From: Magallana gigas
Taxonomy: Eukaryota
Assembly (NCBI RefSeq): GCF_963853765.1
Contig: NC_088857.1
Span: forward strand, 55,366,001-55,430,000
DNA length: 64,000 bases
Direction: 5' to 3'
The notes under the pieces were generated by a model, which did no database searches, was not told the DNA's origin, and saw nothing but the letters and a program-made list of their open reading frames with translations. Numbering within the stretch: the stretch's first letter is position 1; each line of letters opens with the position of its first letter. Shown here piece by piece: positions 27,001 to 39,000 of this stretch. Position numbers and translations under genes: made by a program.

Positions 27001-30000
27001 AGCTTTCGTGCTTGATGTTTTAAGGATGGCGGACCCAGTTCTATTTGCCAATGGGCAGATACATCGCTTAGCTAGAGGGAGTGATTGTTACAAAAATTGA
27101 AATCTCAATACATTGTATTACGTCACAATCACTAAAACTCAATGAAAAATCACTTATGAAGCAATATATAGCTGTTTAACGTCATCAATTCACACTTTAT
27201 GTAGCGCAAGTACTGGCTGACCTTGCTATAATTTAACATGCCAAAATATGCTTTTCAACATTATTTAAGGGATGTTAAGTACATGTACTGTGGTAAGTTT
27301 TTTATTAGTACAAGTTAATTATAACCATCTATATAAACTGTAGGTTAGTTTACAGAATTTGAGCCAGTGTACAAATCATTTAGATTTTGATCTGCTTCAA
27401 TACTCGTATCGAAAATAGGGTAAAACGGACCTTGTGCTTAAGTTTGAAGTATTTTATCATACACAAATGTTCAACTACTCTGTTAGTTATTTTGTTTCAT
27501 AAATCAGCCTCTAAATAATGTACATCAACTTGTCTTAGAGTTTGCGCACTACTTCTCATGAAAAATTGGAAAAAGATATAACAACAAACCGCACATTGGC
27601 ATGTGCCTCCGTCAAAACAAAGTCAATGGCATAGTCATTTTTTAAATGATGTTAATTCAAAATCATCATATAAGTGTTATATTTTAATTTGAATAGAAAA
27701 TCTATTGCAGAATATTTTTTAAATAATTTTTTCTCTCACAAGAACACTTTTTCCCCATTATGTTCAATTGAAAAAAAGAAGTAACACTAACATTCTTTGA
27801 AATGGTCACTACTAAAAATCTAATTCGATTTTTATGTTATTTTTTGATTGATTTTTATATATCTTTAGTAACTCTAACTCATATAAAATTTTCATGAAAA
27901 TCACTCTTGTAGAAGTAAATTGGGTCCGTCATCATTAAATGTTGCTTTCTCTTTGTCCAGCAAGCTCGTATTTTTCTGTCTGTGTCCAATAAGTTAATGT
28001 TTTGTCTGTCTCCTGCAATTAGATATTGATAGGATTTAAGGTAGCTCGCGGGTTTACCTGCTTGTGAGAAAACCTACCTTGAAAATTTGTCCACGTGATC
28101 CATAGGTTTTATAGTTTTATTTCTAAAATTTATTTAAGATTCGTCTGCGCGGTAATAATGTTATCGTGTTTCAAATACAGTGTCATTAATAAAATAAAGC
28201 AACGCCATTTCAATGAAATATATAGTAAAATGCACATTTTAACCAAGAAACGCATTTCAAAACTATGCTCCAAACTTTTAAACGATTCAGACGAAATTAA
28301 TCATACTCAACACAAAAACTACAGAGGAGATAATTATGAATCTATTCATAAAAAAATATCAGTATGTGTTCTCGGCCAATTTTTGGCAAAAAAACTTTAA
28401 AGATTTAAAAGATTTCTCAAAACTTTATATTTTCATTAGCCTGACGTCATCATTTCCTTACTTCTTAGAACACCAAAATTGAAATGCATTTATTGACAAG
28501 ACTAGCTGTTAAACACATTTTAGAACATGTTAATGCTTATTAGACATTATTGTGAATGTTATTAAATGCAATTAATGTAAGGCTGTAAAGATACAGAAAA
28601 TTGCTATTTTTGTTTTTATGAAACTCTGAGTCAATCAATGCAAAAATAAAATGCCAGGCAACTACTGACAATATAAGTAAGTAATCGAATAAAACATTTC
28701 TCTCAAGCCAAAAGAAATTTAAGAATTTAATCGGTAGTACAGATTACGGAAGTTATAATTGTAAAAAAAAAAAAAAGCGAAGTTAATGCATATATACATT
28801 CTATTTTAAAACATTACTTTAAATGGAAGAGTTCTAACGCACACTCATTCTTTATCTTTATAGAACAAAATGTGACAATGTATGTGACATCTTTAAATTT
28901 TCAGCACTTGATATTATAAATCTTTGTATAAACCGTCATAAACCTCATATAAGCTTTTTAAGATATTTTCTTTTATACTTCTAAATATCTCATTTGTCAT
29001 TTTAAAATAAAATTATGAGTTTACTATGACGGTCTGACTCAACTCTTTACGTCGATTCCTATTGTGACGTCAGAAAAACCCGCGAGCTACGTTAAGGTCA
29101 GACGACACGTTCCTAGAGCATCTTTTTTGTATCTCCTTGTAATAAAGAGTTCCAATAAAAAATATTAATTTTATGATTATTTTTAAAATGATTCAAATTT
29201 ACTTGTATATAACTATATGTATAGATGGCCGAGTGGTTAGAACCTTGGCCGCTCACTGCCAGAAGCGTATAGGTTCTAGAGGTCGTGAGTTCAAAGCCAT
29301 GCCCGGCCGAGATAGAGTTCCAATATAGTGAATTTTGCTGTGCTGTATACATGTATTTGTTTATTTTTATATCAGCAATTCAAGTGTATTTTCAAGAAGA
29401 TTATATAGGAAATTGCATACTCTAGTATTTTACAGAAATGCCTGGTATGTTACCCTAATTTTTTGCAAGAAAGCTTGTCAAAGTAGTGATAAAAAATTAA
29501 CAAATTCCTGGAAAAAGTTATACACCGTATCACATTGAGGAACGTGTCGTCTTACCTTAAGATGAATTTGTTTCTCTATCTCCAGCAAGCTAACAGTGAG
29601 GTGACAGTGGTGGCTTTCCTGATCTTCCCCACCAAGACCAACAACTTCAACGTGGAGTCCCTGCGGGGCCAGGCCATCTCCAAACAGCTGAAGGAGACCG
29701 TGCACCACGTACAGACACAGATCGGCAAGAGGATCTTTGAACAGTGCCTGAGGTACAGTCTAACTTTAAAACAGTGCCTCGGATAGGGTCTTATTATAGA
29801 TCAGTGCCTCAGGTATGGTCTCATTATAGAATAAAAGCTCAAGTATGGTCTAATAATAGAACAGTGCCTCAGGTATGGTCTCATTATAGAATAAAAGCTC
29901 AAGTATGGTCTAATTATAGAATGATAGCAAAGGTGTGGTCTAATTACTGTGGAATCATTAAAATTCGTGGTGGCTCAATTTTCGTGGTATTCGTGGGTAG

Positions 30001-33000
30001 CCCTCGCCCACGAAATTACATCCTCAACGAAAACTAATTATAAAAGGTTTGATTTACCTACTGAGACTGAAAACTGACTCATCCACGAAATTAGATCCCC
30101 ATGAACAAGCAAAAAACCAACAATCCACAAAAATTGGCCCCCACGAAATTAAATGATTCCACAGTATAGAACAGTGCCTCAGGTATGGTCTAATTATGCC
30201 TCAGGTAGAGTCTTACTAAATTTGGAACAATGGCTCAGGTATGGAATAGTTGGAGAGGTAGAGCAGTCCCTCAGGCACATAAGATTTGTAGGAGTTTAGC
30301 TATAAAGGAATACTGTATACAGGGAAATATTGACCCTCGTTTTATTTTTGCCCCATTTGTCCTCTTTGTCAGCAGGCAGATTTGAGGCTGTATGGATTTC
30401 AATGTCACAAGTTACCTCTTTTTAAACACAACTGTGTTTTGGAGAATTCAAGACAGGGCGAAACTGTTTGCAAATGTAGAAGGGTGAAAATTACACGGGG
30501 CGAAAATAATTCTGTATACAGTATTGTAGTCAGGTTAACAGTGTGTTATCAGAGAGAAAACAAACTAGATTATTATACTTTCATGTTAAATACTGAAATC
30601 TGATTGGTTTAGACACAGTTGATAATCCGTTTTATTACCCTCAGCATTAGCAACACACTTGGCAACGGGTAACATAACGAATTGTTACATGTGCGTAAAT
30701 GATGCGCGTACGGTTCGCAGTAGAATTCAAGTCATTCCTGTAGAAAAACAGTTAAGTTTTCTTTAAAATTGACATTCAGTATAATAAAATAAATAGTGCC
30801 TGTTTGGGAGGATAACAGTTGAAATCGACAACCCTCGAAAACCATTGTCAACCTCCGCTTCGCGTCGGTTGACAATCGTTTTCTTGGGGTGTCAGTTTCA
30901 ACTGTTACCCTCCCAAACAGGCACTATTTATATAATGTTACTCAGTCATCATTATTTATATTTTATCCATTAACAGTAGATATTAACCTGTAAGAGTACT
31001 TTTCTGATTACAGGGGCAAAATTCCAACTGGAGATGAAATTCTTGAACAAGAAGATATAGTGAAACTTAAGAGGTGTATCTACTCTGCTCAGGTACCATA
31101 TATCTTTGTAAAAAGAAGATCAAAGCATTTGTACGATCAGCTTGTAATTCATTTTTAAGCAGACAAAGAGGAAAATCAATTCATAACAGTTATGTCTGTT
31201 GCATCTTTCAGAGAAACAGCTTACCTCCTATATGTACGCACAATGTTAATGAAGACGCAAACGACCAAATCCTTAATGCCCTTCGACGATGTCAACTTTT
31301 CAACAGAAAAGAGGACAGAGTGAAGGTAGGATCATCTTGTGTTGGTTATTTTCTAACACCATTAACCCTTCAAGATTAAGGGGACTTGGACAAATTTAAA
31401 TAAAATTTTATTTTTTTCGATTTTAATGTTTAGAATGGTTGATATGGGTACTTTTAATGCTTTGTCAAATTTTGAAAGTCAAATACTGAATCTTTGTTTT
31501 GTAAACAAATCCCGAGCTTTGTTATGGTTTACATATGTGTTTTATTGGTACATGTATAAGTCTATGTGACTGTATTTGTGTACTGTAGAGATCTGCAAGC
31601 AAGATCATTGTAAAAAGGACAAATGAGAAAAAAGGTTTTTTGATTCCTGCTTTAGATTCTGAATATTATCCATATAAATTAAAATTTTATTTCATGGAGT
31701 GCCATGAGATGCTAATATTCAAGATCAATTTTAAATTGTTATGATATACAAGAATATCTAAGGGAAACGTGAATAGCTAAGGAATTTGTACCAAACCTCT
31801 GACTCTGACCTTCAGTGATGTATCTGTGTTAACACTTTTTTTCCAGGTTGTATTTCACCCCGAGTTCCTGAACTCCACCAACCCTTTGTTTGGCCTTGAC
31901 TACGAGGACTTTGTCCGGGGCTGTCACCTTGGGGTGTTCGCTTCGTACTACGAGCCCTGGGGCTACACGCCAGGTCTGTCACATTCTCCTTGCTTTCATA
32001 ACCCAGGGCAGCAACTACAATTTGATCTTAATACATCTGTCCAAATATCAGTATTTACCATAAAAGAATCAAGTTTTATGTCTTGTTAAGTAGTTATTAG
32101 ATGATACAGTATACACTTTCTGAAAGAAGGATGCTGAATGTCCAATACAGCTTTTGTCTGCAATTAGAAATAATAGATTAGATACAAATATGTGGATACG
32201 GTATAACGGGTATTTATTACTTGCTGCAAGTTTTATAAATTTGTAAAATTTAAACGCATGAATTTTCACAGAAGTTCAGAAACACAAATTTTCATCTGGT
32301 ATGTATGAGAAAGAGAGAGAAAAGAGAGAGAGATATTTTTGAAATGGAGTTGTCTCTCATTGTATCTCCTGTAAATTCAAGATGTGCACATGTTGTACAA
32401 CAATGATGATACCTAGATTGACAGGAATAAGTAAAGGGCACATTGTATAAGAAAATGTGGTAAATAAACATGTCATAATAGTTTAAGGACTTGTTAACTC
32501 AAAACAATTTTCTGAACATGGGATTTGTTTGTAAAAGCATTCAATGTGTTTACAAACATTGCCACGGCCAGAACTTTTTACCTCTGATTATTTTAATTTT
32601 TACAGACATACACAATTCGTAAAAATATAACGTGTAAAAATTCAATGGCCCCATTTTAACCAAAATTCGTAAAAGATCACTACTGTAACAGTAAAAATTA
32701 TACATTTATTGTCAAAGTTTATAATTTAGTTAATAATTCAATATTTCTGGTGTTTTTTTTATCAGAAAATTTTATTTATACTTCAACTCCCAGATACATG
32801 TATTTTGTAATGTACCTTGATAAGATTTCTTTCCAGAGAATGAGATTTTTTCACATGACAATTGTACATGTACTGGACAACCTGTTTTTGAGATGTCTGT
32901 GTCTGTTTTAACTGTTCTCTCTGACCCACTTTCAGCTGAGTGCACCGTGATGGGGATCCCAAGTATTTCCACGAACCTCTCGGGCTTCGGCTGTTTCATG

Positions 33001-35469
33001 CAGGAACACATCAATGATCCCAAGTCCTATGGACTCTATATTGTAGACCGCCGATATAAGAGTCCAGACGAATCAATCCATCAGCTGACTCAGGTAACGA
33101 TGGGAACCAAGCATGGAATGACCCATTTATTTGTAGGCCCCCTGTCACTTTCTTTTTTTTACAGCATGCCAGCCTTTCTTATTTTATTTGACAGGATAGA
33201 GTTGTCTTTCCCTGTATTGCATGCATACTTATGAGTTGGCTTCACTAACACCTGAAGGCTTTGAATGTTGATGTTCTTTTAAGTCTGTATTCTCTTTGTG
33301 TATTTAGAGTTTACTGACAGATTCTCTCTCTTTTGTCGGATTCTCCAAGAATTTACAATAAATTTCAAAGTGTTTTAATCATTAGTTGAACATGAAATTT
33401 CACATGGATTTTGAATATTTTGCAATTTGTTAGGCAATGGAAATGATTCAGAACAAGAATATTAAAATATGAAGTTCATGCTTAAGAATTGCATTTTTAA
33501 TTTGATTGGTACCTTTTTTTATTAAATGAGTACCTGGTATCTGAACTTACGTAAATAAAGTCAATCAGATTTGACATGCCTTCCTTCTCAAGTTGTATAG
33601 AGACAGTCATTAGAGAGAGGCGTCTGGGATGTGTCTGTCTTTGTTAAGCCTGATGGCCTGGGTTAGTGAGGAGCCTTGTATAAGACGCACCCCCTGATTG
33701 ATCATGTCCTGTTTAACTCTAGCGGAGTGTACGGTGATGGGAATACCCAGCATCACGACCAACCTGTCGGGATTCGGCTGTTTTATGGAGAATCATGTGA
33801 CGGACACGCAGTCGTATGGTATTTATGTGGTTGATCGGCGCGAATCTAGTCCAGACGAATCTATCCATAAACTGACTAAGGTAGACAGCTCTGTCTCCAC
33901 CAGGGGAATGTGTGGGTCTGTCTGTCTGTAGTATCTTTCTTTCAGTGAGGACTGGATCTGTCCATCTTTCATTCTTAATGTCTAACACTGTTTGTGTAGT
34001 TGTGACTTAATATATCTGTCTGTAGTGTCTTACTTTCAGTGAGGACTGGATCTGTCCATCTTTCGTTCTTAATGTCTAACTCAGTGTAGTTGTGACTAAA
34101 TATACCTGTCTGTAGTGTCTATTGCTGTCTTCTTGTAGTGTCTAGATCAGTCCATCTTGTCTGTTGTATCTACGGCTGTCTTATTATGTTTGTCCATGTG
34201 CTTGTGATGAATAATTCAACTGTTGTATAGATTTTGCATGTATTTCACTAAATCTTTCTATATAACTGGTATTTCTTGCTTAACATTCAGTTTGCATTCT
34301 TAAGTTAAGCTAGCTTCCTTTGTGATAACCATGTAATATATGAAAAAATTCTTGTTCATTCCAACATGTTTGGATGGAATCAGACATGAGCAACTATTAA
34401 AAGTCACTTTTTTACAGTCATCAAAAGCAAGAGTTTAATGTTCATCACAGTAAAATGTATTAAAATCTTGACTTGTAACAAATGCAAAATTGTCATGGTT
34501 ATCAAGTTCAACAAGTTTTTTCATAAATTGAATTTCTTCTAACTCAATTAATGTTGTCTTATGCATTAAATTTTAAACATAACTTTAACATAATTTTACA
34601 TTTGATTTGGATTGTAATACAGTGTCTTAAAATTATTCATTTATCAATTTTTTTTTACTTTTACTTTTAATGTTTAAAAAATGGTAAGCTTTAGATTGAC
34701 TGTCTTATAATCACTATTTTACAAAATTTCTTTAAAAATTACAATACAGTTTTACTACACAACATTCATCGGTGTATAATTTCTCCTTCCTTTGCAGTAC
34801 ATTCATGATTTATTCTTCCTTTTCAGTATATGTATGATTTCACCTGTTTATCCCGGCGACAGCGTATCATTCAGAGAAATCGTACGGAGCGCCTCAGTGA
34901 CCTCCTAGACTGGAGGAACCTGGGAGTGGTGAGTGGAAGACTACTTTCACTTTCACTTTTATTGATGGCAAAGGATTCAATGATAAAGATTTATTACAGA
35001 AGATGACATTAATTACTAACTAACTAATGCACTGTATGTAAAGATGTAGAATTCGACTCTTTTTTTTTTTTTCATTGATTTGAAAATTTGTGTACTTTGT
35101 GTGAGTTAACACAGATATGGATGTATGAAATATTTTGTAGACTTTTTAAAACTCTTAACTATTGGACAGATGTTAGTGAATTTCTTTTCTTATGTACTCT
35201 ATTATTTTTGATAGTACTACAGAAAAGCCCGCCAGATCGCTGTAGCCCGGGGATACCCTGACCTTGCTGCCAAGGAGGAGGAGATCCTACAGGAAAAGAG
35301 GTTCATGTACCCTCGGCCGGCCTCCGAACCTTCCTCACCCTCGGCCTCGCGCAGCTCCACCCCAGCCCCCTCGGAACATGGGGATGATGAAGATGACGAT
35401 ATCGACGAGGATGAAGAGAATGCTGAAATGAGTTCTAACCCAGAGTCCGACATGCCGATGTTTAAGTGA
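21050..35469 (+). CDS. GYS: Glycogen [starch] synthase (GT3 family), about 696 aa
   Basis: Exons: 21050-21194, 23515-23696, 24232-24423, 24759-24944, 25428-25572, 25906-26023, 26528-26648, 29586-29752, 31014-31092, 31212-31325, 31847-31973, [32936-33093 or 33723-33880], 34827-34928, 35215-35469. Total 2091 nt in frame. Motifs: [30 protein letters not shown], catalytic EPWGYTPAE, regulatory [15 protein letters not shown] helix, C-terminal phosphosite cluster [20 protein letters not shown] followed by an acidic tail, and N-terminal RRRNS. Confidence 0.97.
27024..27934. mobile_element. TTAA-flanked TIR element in GYS intron 7
   Basis: TTAA|GGATGGCGGACCCAGTT ... AATTGGGTCCGTCATCA|TTAA. Confidence 0.7.
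28040..29091. mobile_element. TTAA-flanked TIR element in GYS intron 7
   Basis: TTAA|GGTAGCTCGCGGGTTT ... AAACCCGCGAGCTACG|TTAA. Confidence 0.8.
29096..29556. mobile_element. TTAA-flanked MITE (family K1, copy 2) with a tRNA-like core
   Basis: TTAA|GGTCAGACGACACGTT ... AACGTGTCGTCTTACC|TTAA; shares its left TTAA with the 28040-29091 element. Confidence 0.85.
29740..30270 (+). repeat. 30-bp minisatellite beginning at the GYS exon-8 donor
   Basis: Unit approximately AACAGTGCCTCAGGTATGGTCTAATTATAG; 7 units at 29740-29949, interrupted by a MITE, with decayed units resuming at 30167. Confidence 0.85.
29947..30164. mobile_element. TA-flanked MITE, copy 2, inserted in the GYS intron-8 minisatellite
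   Basis: TA|CTGTGGAATCATT ... AATGATTCCACAG|TA, with perfect TIR ends and a TA duplication. Confidence 0.8.
30313..30521. mobile_element. TA-flanked MITE in GYS intron 8
   Basis: TA|CTGTATACAG ... CTGTATACAG|TA. Confidence 0.65.
30572..30934 (+). mobile_element. Non-autonomous repeat with a long terminal hairpin (family H2, copy 2), in GYS intron 8
   Basis: Colinear homology with 15821-16184, same hairpin. Confidence 0.75.
32936..33093 (+). CDS. GYS: Glycogen synthase exon 12a (alternative copy A)
   Basis: ttcag|CT GAG TGC ... CTG ACT CAG|gtaacg; 158 nt; encodes [53 protein letters not shown]. Confidence 0.93.
33723..33880 (+). CDS. GYS: Glycogen synthase exon 12b (alternative copy B)
   Basis: ctctag|CG GAG TGT ... 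CTG ACT AAG|gtagac; 158 nt, same phases as 12a; encodes [53 protein letters not shown]. Confidence 0.85.
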
Positions 35470-35760
35470 TGAATCAGAAGGACATCCCCGGTTTATTGTT
35501 ACATGTTAAAGGATTTCTATCAGTTTGTAGGTTAATTACCTGGTGTATTGAGTAGTGAGGTGTTTTGCTTTATACCACAGAAAAGCTTTATATAATACTG
35601 GAGTGTTGGCGAGTGCACTCAAATGAGTTGACCTCATTTTTAACATTTTATTTGCTTTCTTCTTTTATTTTCTCTCTTTTAGTTAGCAATGTTTCACAAC
35701 ATAGTATGTCGTTGTGAGGTAAAAATCTAACAAAAAGAATCGGTATTGTTTTATCAGGTG

Positions 35761-36036
35761 CTTTACAATTGTTACAATACTAGACAGTCTTTACGATTGT
35801 TACAATACAGTCTTTACGATTGTTACAATACTAGACAGTCTTTACGATTGTTACAATACTAGACAGTCTTTACAATTGTTACAATACTAGACAGTCTTTA
35901 CAATTGTTACAATACTAGACAGTCTTTACAATTGTTACAATACTAGACAGTCTTTACAATTGTTACAATACTAGACAGTCTTTACAATTGTTACAATACT
36001 AGACAGGCTTTACAATTGTTACAATACTAGACAATC
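35761..36036 (+). repeat. 28-bp minisatellite (about 10 units) downstream of the GYS stop codon
   Basis: Unit CTTTACAATTGTTACAATACTAGACAGT; followed by AATAAA at 36062 and near 36083. Confidence 0.9.
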
Positions 36037-39000
36037 TCTAAAAGAAAAGTTTATGTGATTGAATAAAAAGTTTATATGATGGAATAAAAATCTATTTATT
36101 CTAGTAATCATACAATGAATTCAAGAGAATCATTATCTGCTACATGCAAGGTAGGTTTAAGTAACTCTTATGTTGAAGGACTGTGTTTGTTCAAATCAAA
36201 AATCATAAATAGAGATATATATAAATATTCATGAACAACTTCAAGTGCTGGTAGTTCCAATTTTGAATTGATTCTGGAAAAGTAACATTCTGCTAGATCT
36301 GTTAATAGATTTTTACCCAAGTTTAGCTCTATGATAAAAGAAGAATTTTTGAATGACATTTATAGGTTTATGAATGTTTATTGTAGTTCAGCAGGTGGTA
36401 GCTAGTCAAACAATGTTCTGCTTTAGACTTTCAACCCCCCCCCCCCCCCTCTCCATTAGTGAAGTTCAGTCAGCTTTACAGATTTTGATTGTATTTTTTA
36501 ATTGTAATTTAATTTCAGCTGAATGGTGTTATTATGGTATCCTATTTGTCAATTAATGTATTGATCAGATATTCTAGTTAATCAATAATTTTGTAACCCA
36601 GCTACCTCTAGCAATCAACCGCCCAAATGCAACTGAAAACAACAAAAGCATTTAGTCCAATCTGGCTGCAGCTCTTAATTTGATAATTTCTTATGATTAA
36701 TTTTAATGAAAGTTGATAAAAGTAAATGATGTGATACATACAAAATGTTACACAGTGTTGGATATAGATTGTATGTTTTTTGTTTAGTTCAGAAACTCTT
36801 AAAACAGTTGTTTTATAAAAATGAAGGGTTATTTTTTCAAATTCATTATGCCCAAGTTAATAATTGCTGATTGTTATCATTGATTGTTATATTAATTATT
36901 GACTATGTACACTGTATAGATTTTGTGCCATCCTTTGACTGTGTATATAAATGATGCATTCCCCCTCTCCCTCTGGCTGAGCTTTTGTTGTATAGTATAT
37001 ACTACAGTGTGTACTATACAGATCTCACCTACATGTAGATATACACACCTGTGGTTTGTCAGCGTCAGACTGACCTTGTAGTTTCCTCAGGTGTAACATC
37101 TCTGTGATCCTTCACTCTCCACCTCTGGTTTCAGTATATACGGCCAGTCTTTACATATTGTGTGTGAGAGAAACAGAGATGATTACTCTATTACTGATCT
37201 ATAACAAATAGAGGGATGTCTGGCTTATTGAGTTATTTTTTTGTTTATCTGTACAAAGTTGATTGAGCTTGATTGATCCTGATTAGATGAGTATAGTGCG
37301 TTGATTTTATGCAGTAAAAAATTGTTGTAGAGTATTCTTTTTTTTAGATTGTTTTTCAATGCATGCATTATTTTATCAAGTGCTATTTAAAAATGTTACA
37401 ACTAAAATATCAAATGAAAATGACTTACAAAAAGAGAATTCTTGAGACTTTCAAGTGTACAATGTACTCAACTCTTGTGCATTCTAGTAAGCTGTTTTTT
37501 TGGTTGGCTCTCTAGTTATTCAGCGACTAGAGCTTACATATGTACATCTTCATGGTAGATAACTCTGCATTATATCCAGCCCATATCTTGGAATAAGGTG
37601 TATATAGCTGTTATATTAGCTAAATCTCTGTGATTTTCCTCCTTTGTGTATATTTAATCCTGTGTGGAGAGTTTTGCCTCTGTCACAGTGTTTCTGTACT
37701 GGTTTATGACTGTGTAAAGTTCTGACGCCTGTGTTTTTATTTTATTGTTTTGTTTTGTATAGACAAGTGCAGCTATCTCTCCTTTACAAAGGAAAAATGA
37801 GTGCTTAATGTTTTTGAAAATTTTACTGAGTTTATTAGCTGAAAACAAGATTCATTTTCTATTGTAAGATTGAATTGAAATGAGTAGAAGTCACAGAGAG
37901 CTTGCATGATGTCATTTTTGCGGACACTAGGTGTATAGATAAGTGCTTCCATAGATTTCTGTGATAATTGTTACATACAGAGTTCTCCTCCTTTTATGAT
38001 GTAAGCAAATAACAATGTGATCAGATTTAATGCAATTTAATAATATTGTTTCTGATAAACAAACCTCACATAAATAACAATATGACAAGGTTTAATGCTG
38101 ATGTAATATTATTGTTTCCTATAAACAAACCTCACATACCAGTGTGTTAAAATGTGGCTTATTGAGTGTGTTGTAAATCCCCTAATATATGATACATGTA
38201 AGCATTTTCTGTTTTCGATGTGGTATAATTATACGATATAAATATATTGTTAGCACATACCTGGTATCTGCTGTTTTATTTAGTTATTTGAGCAAATTAT
38301 AACTCTCTTCGTACCCGATAGTTTATTCTTAATAAAACGCTGGTCCATTTCTGCGTTACAGGTTGACAGTCCAAACTGATCAACTAACAGACTGTGTCAA
38401 AACTCAATGCCTGTCGCATGTAGCATTCGCATCTGTTAACTGTGCCAAAGTTTGGCGATGGCGATGTATGTTTACCTTAGGACCTTATAATTGAATATTT
38501 CAGTTTACATGTTTCTGAACGATTAATTGTGAATAACACCCGCCTCCTCCCCCACCGGCCTTTCAACTGGAGAATGGAATAAATCAAAACACACAAACTA
38601 GGTTATGTATGCACTCACTTTGTTATTATTAGTAAAATGTACTTGGCAACCTAACTGTCCTACATGTACATTGTAGCTAAGCCACCAATTTTTTCAAAAT
38701 GGATTATGGAAATAGTTGCTAATTTCCAAAAACCCCAAAATTGTATTTTAAATTCATGAAATCTCTAACATGTGGTTGTATTTATATATTTTGTTGGCCA
38801 ATATACATCAAACCTAAATGAATTCAGTCACCGCTGGCCTTTCACCGTTTACATACTAAGACCATAATAAGGTAAACGATTGGACCATAGATCATCTAAT
38901 TCTGGTACGAAGCAGGTGCCATCAATTAATAAATATGTTAGTGCGACCGAATTTACTGTTACAGGTGACCTAATTCTGTGGGGAAATCCAATTTGACGAT

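Noticed and set aside
29220-29315. Functional tRNA gene (likewise 15490-15580, 40857-40918, 56405-56465, 62780-62840)
   Set aside because: A/B-box-like motifs are present, but I could not build a full cloverleaf with an acceptor stem, and every case lies inside a TIR element.
29744-30037. ORF with VPQVWSHYR repeats
   Set aside because: It is a translation of the 30-bp minisatellite plus a MITE.
33723-33880. Exon 12b as a mis-assembled second haplotype or a dead pseudo-exon
   Set aside because: It has too many synonymous differences for an allele, the flanking introns are not duplicated, and frame, length and splice sites are intact. This is not fully excluded without reads.
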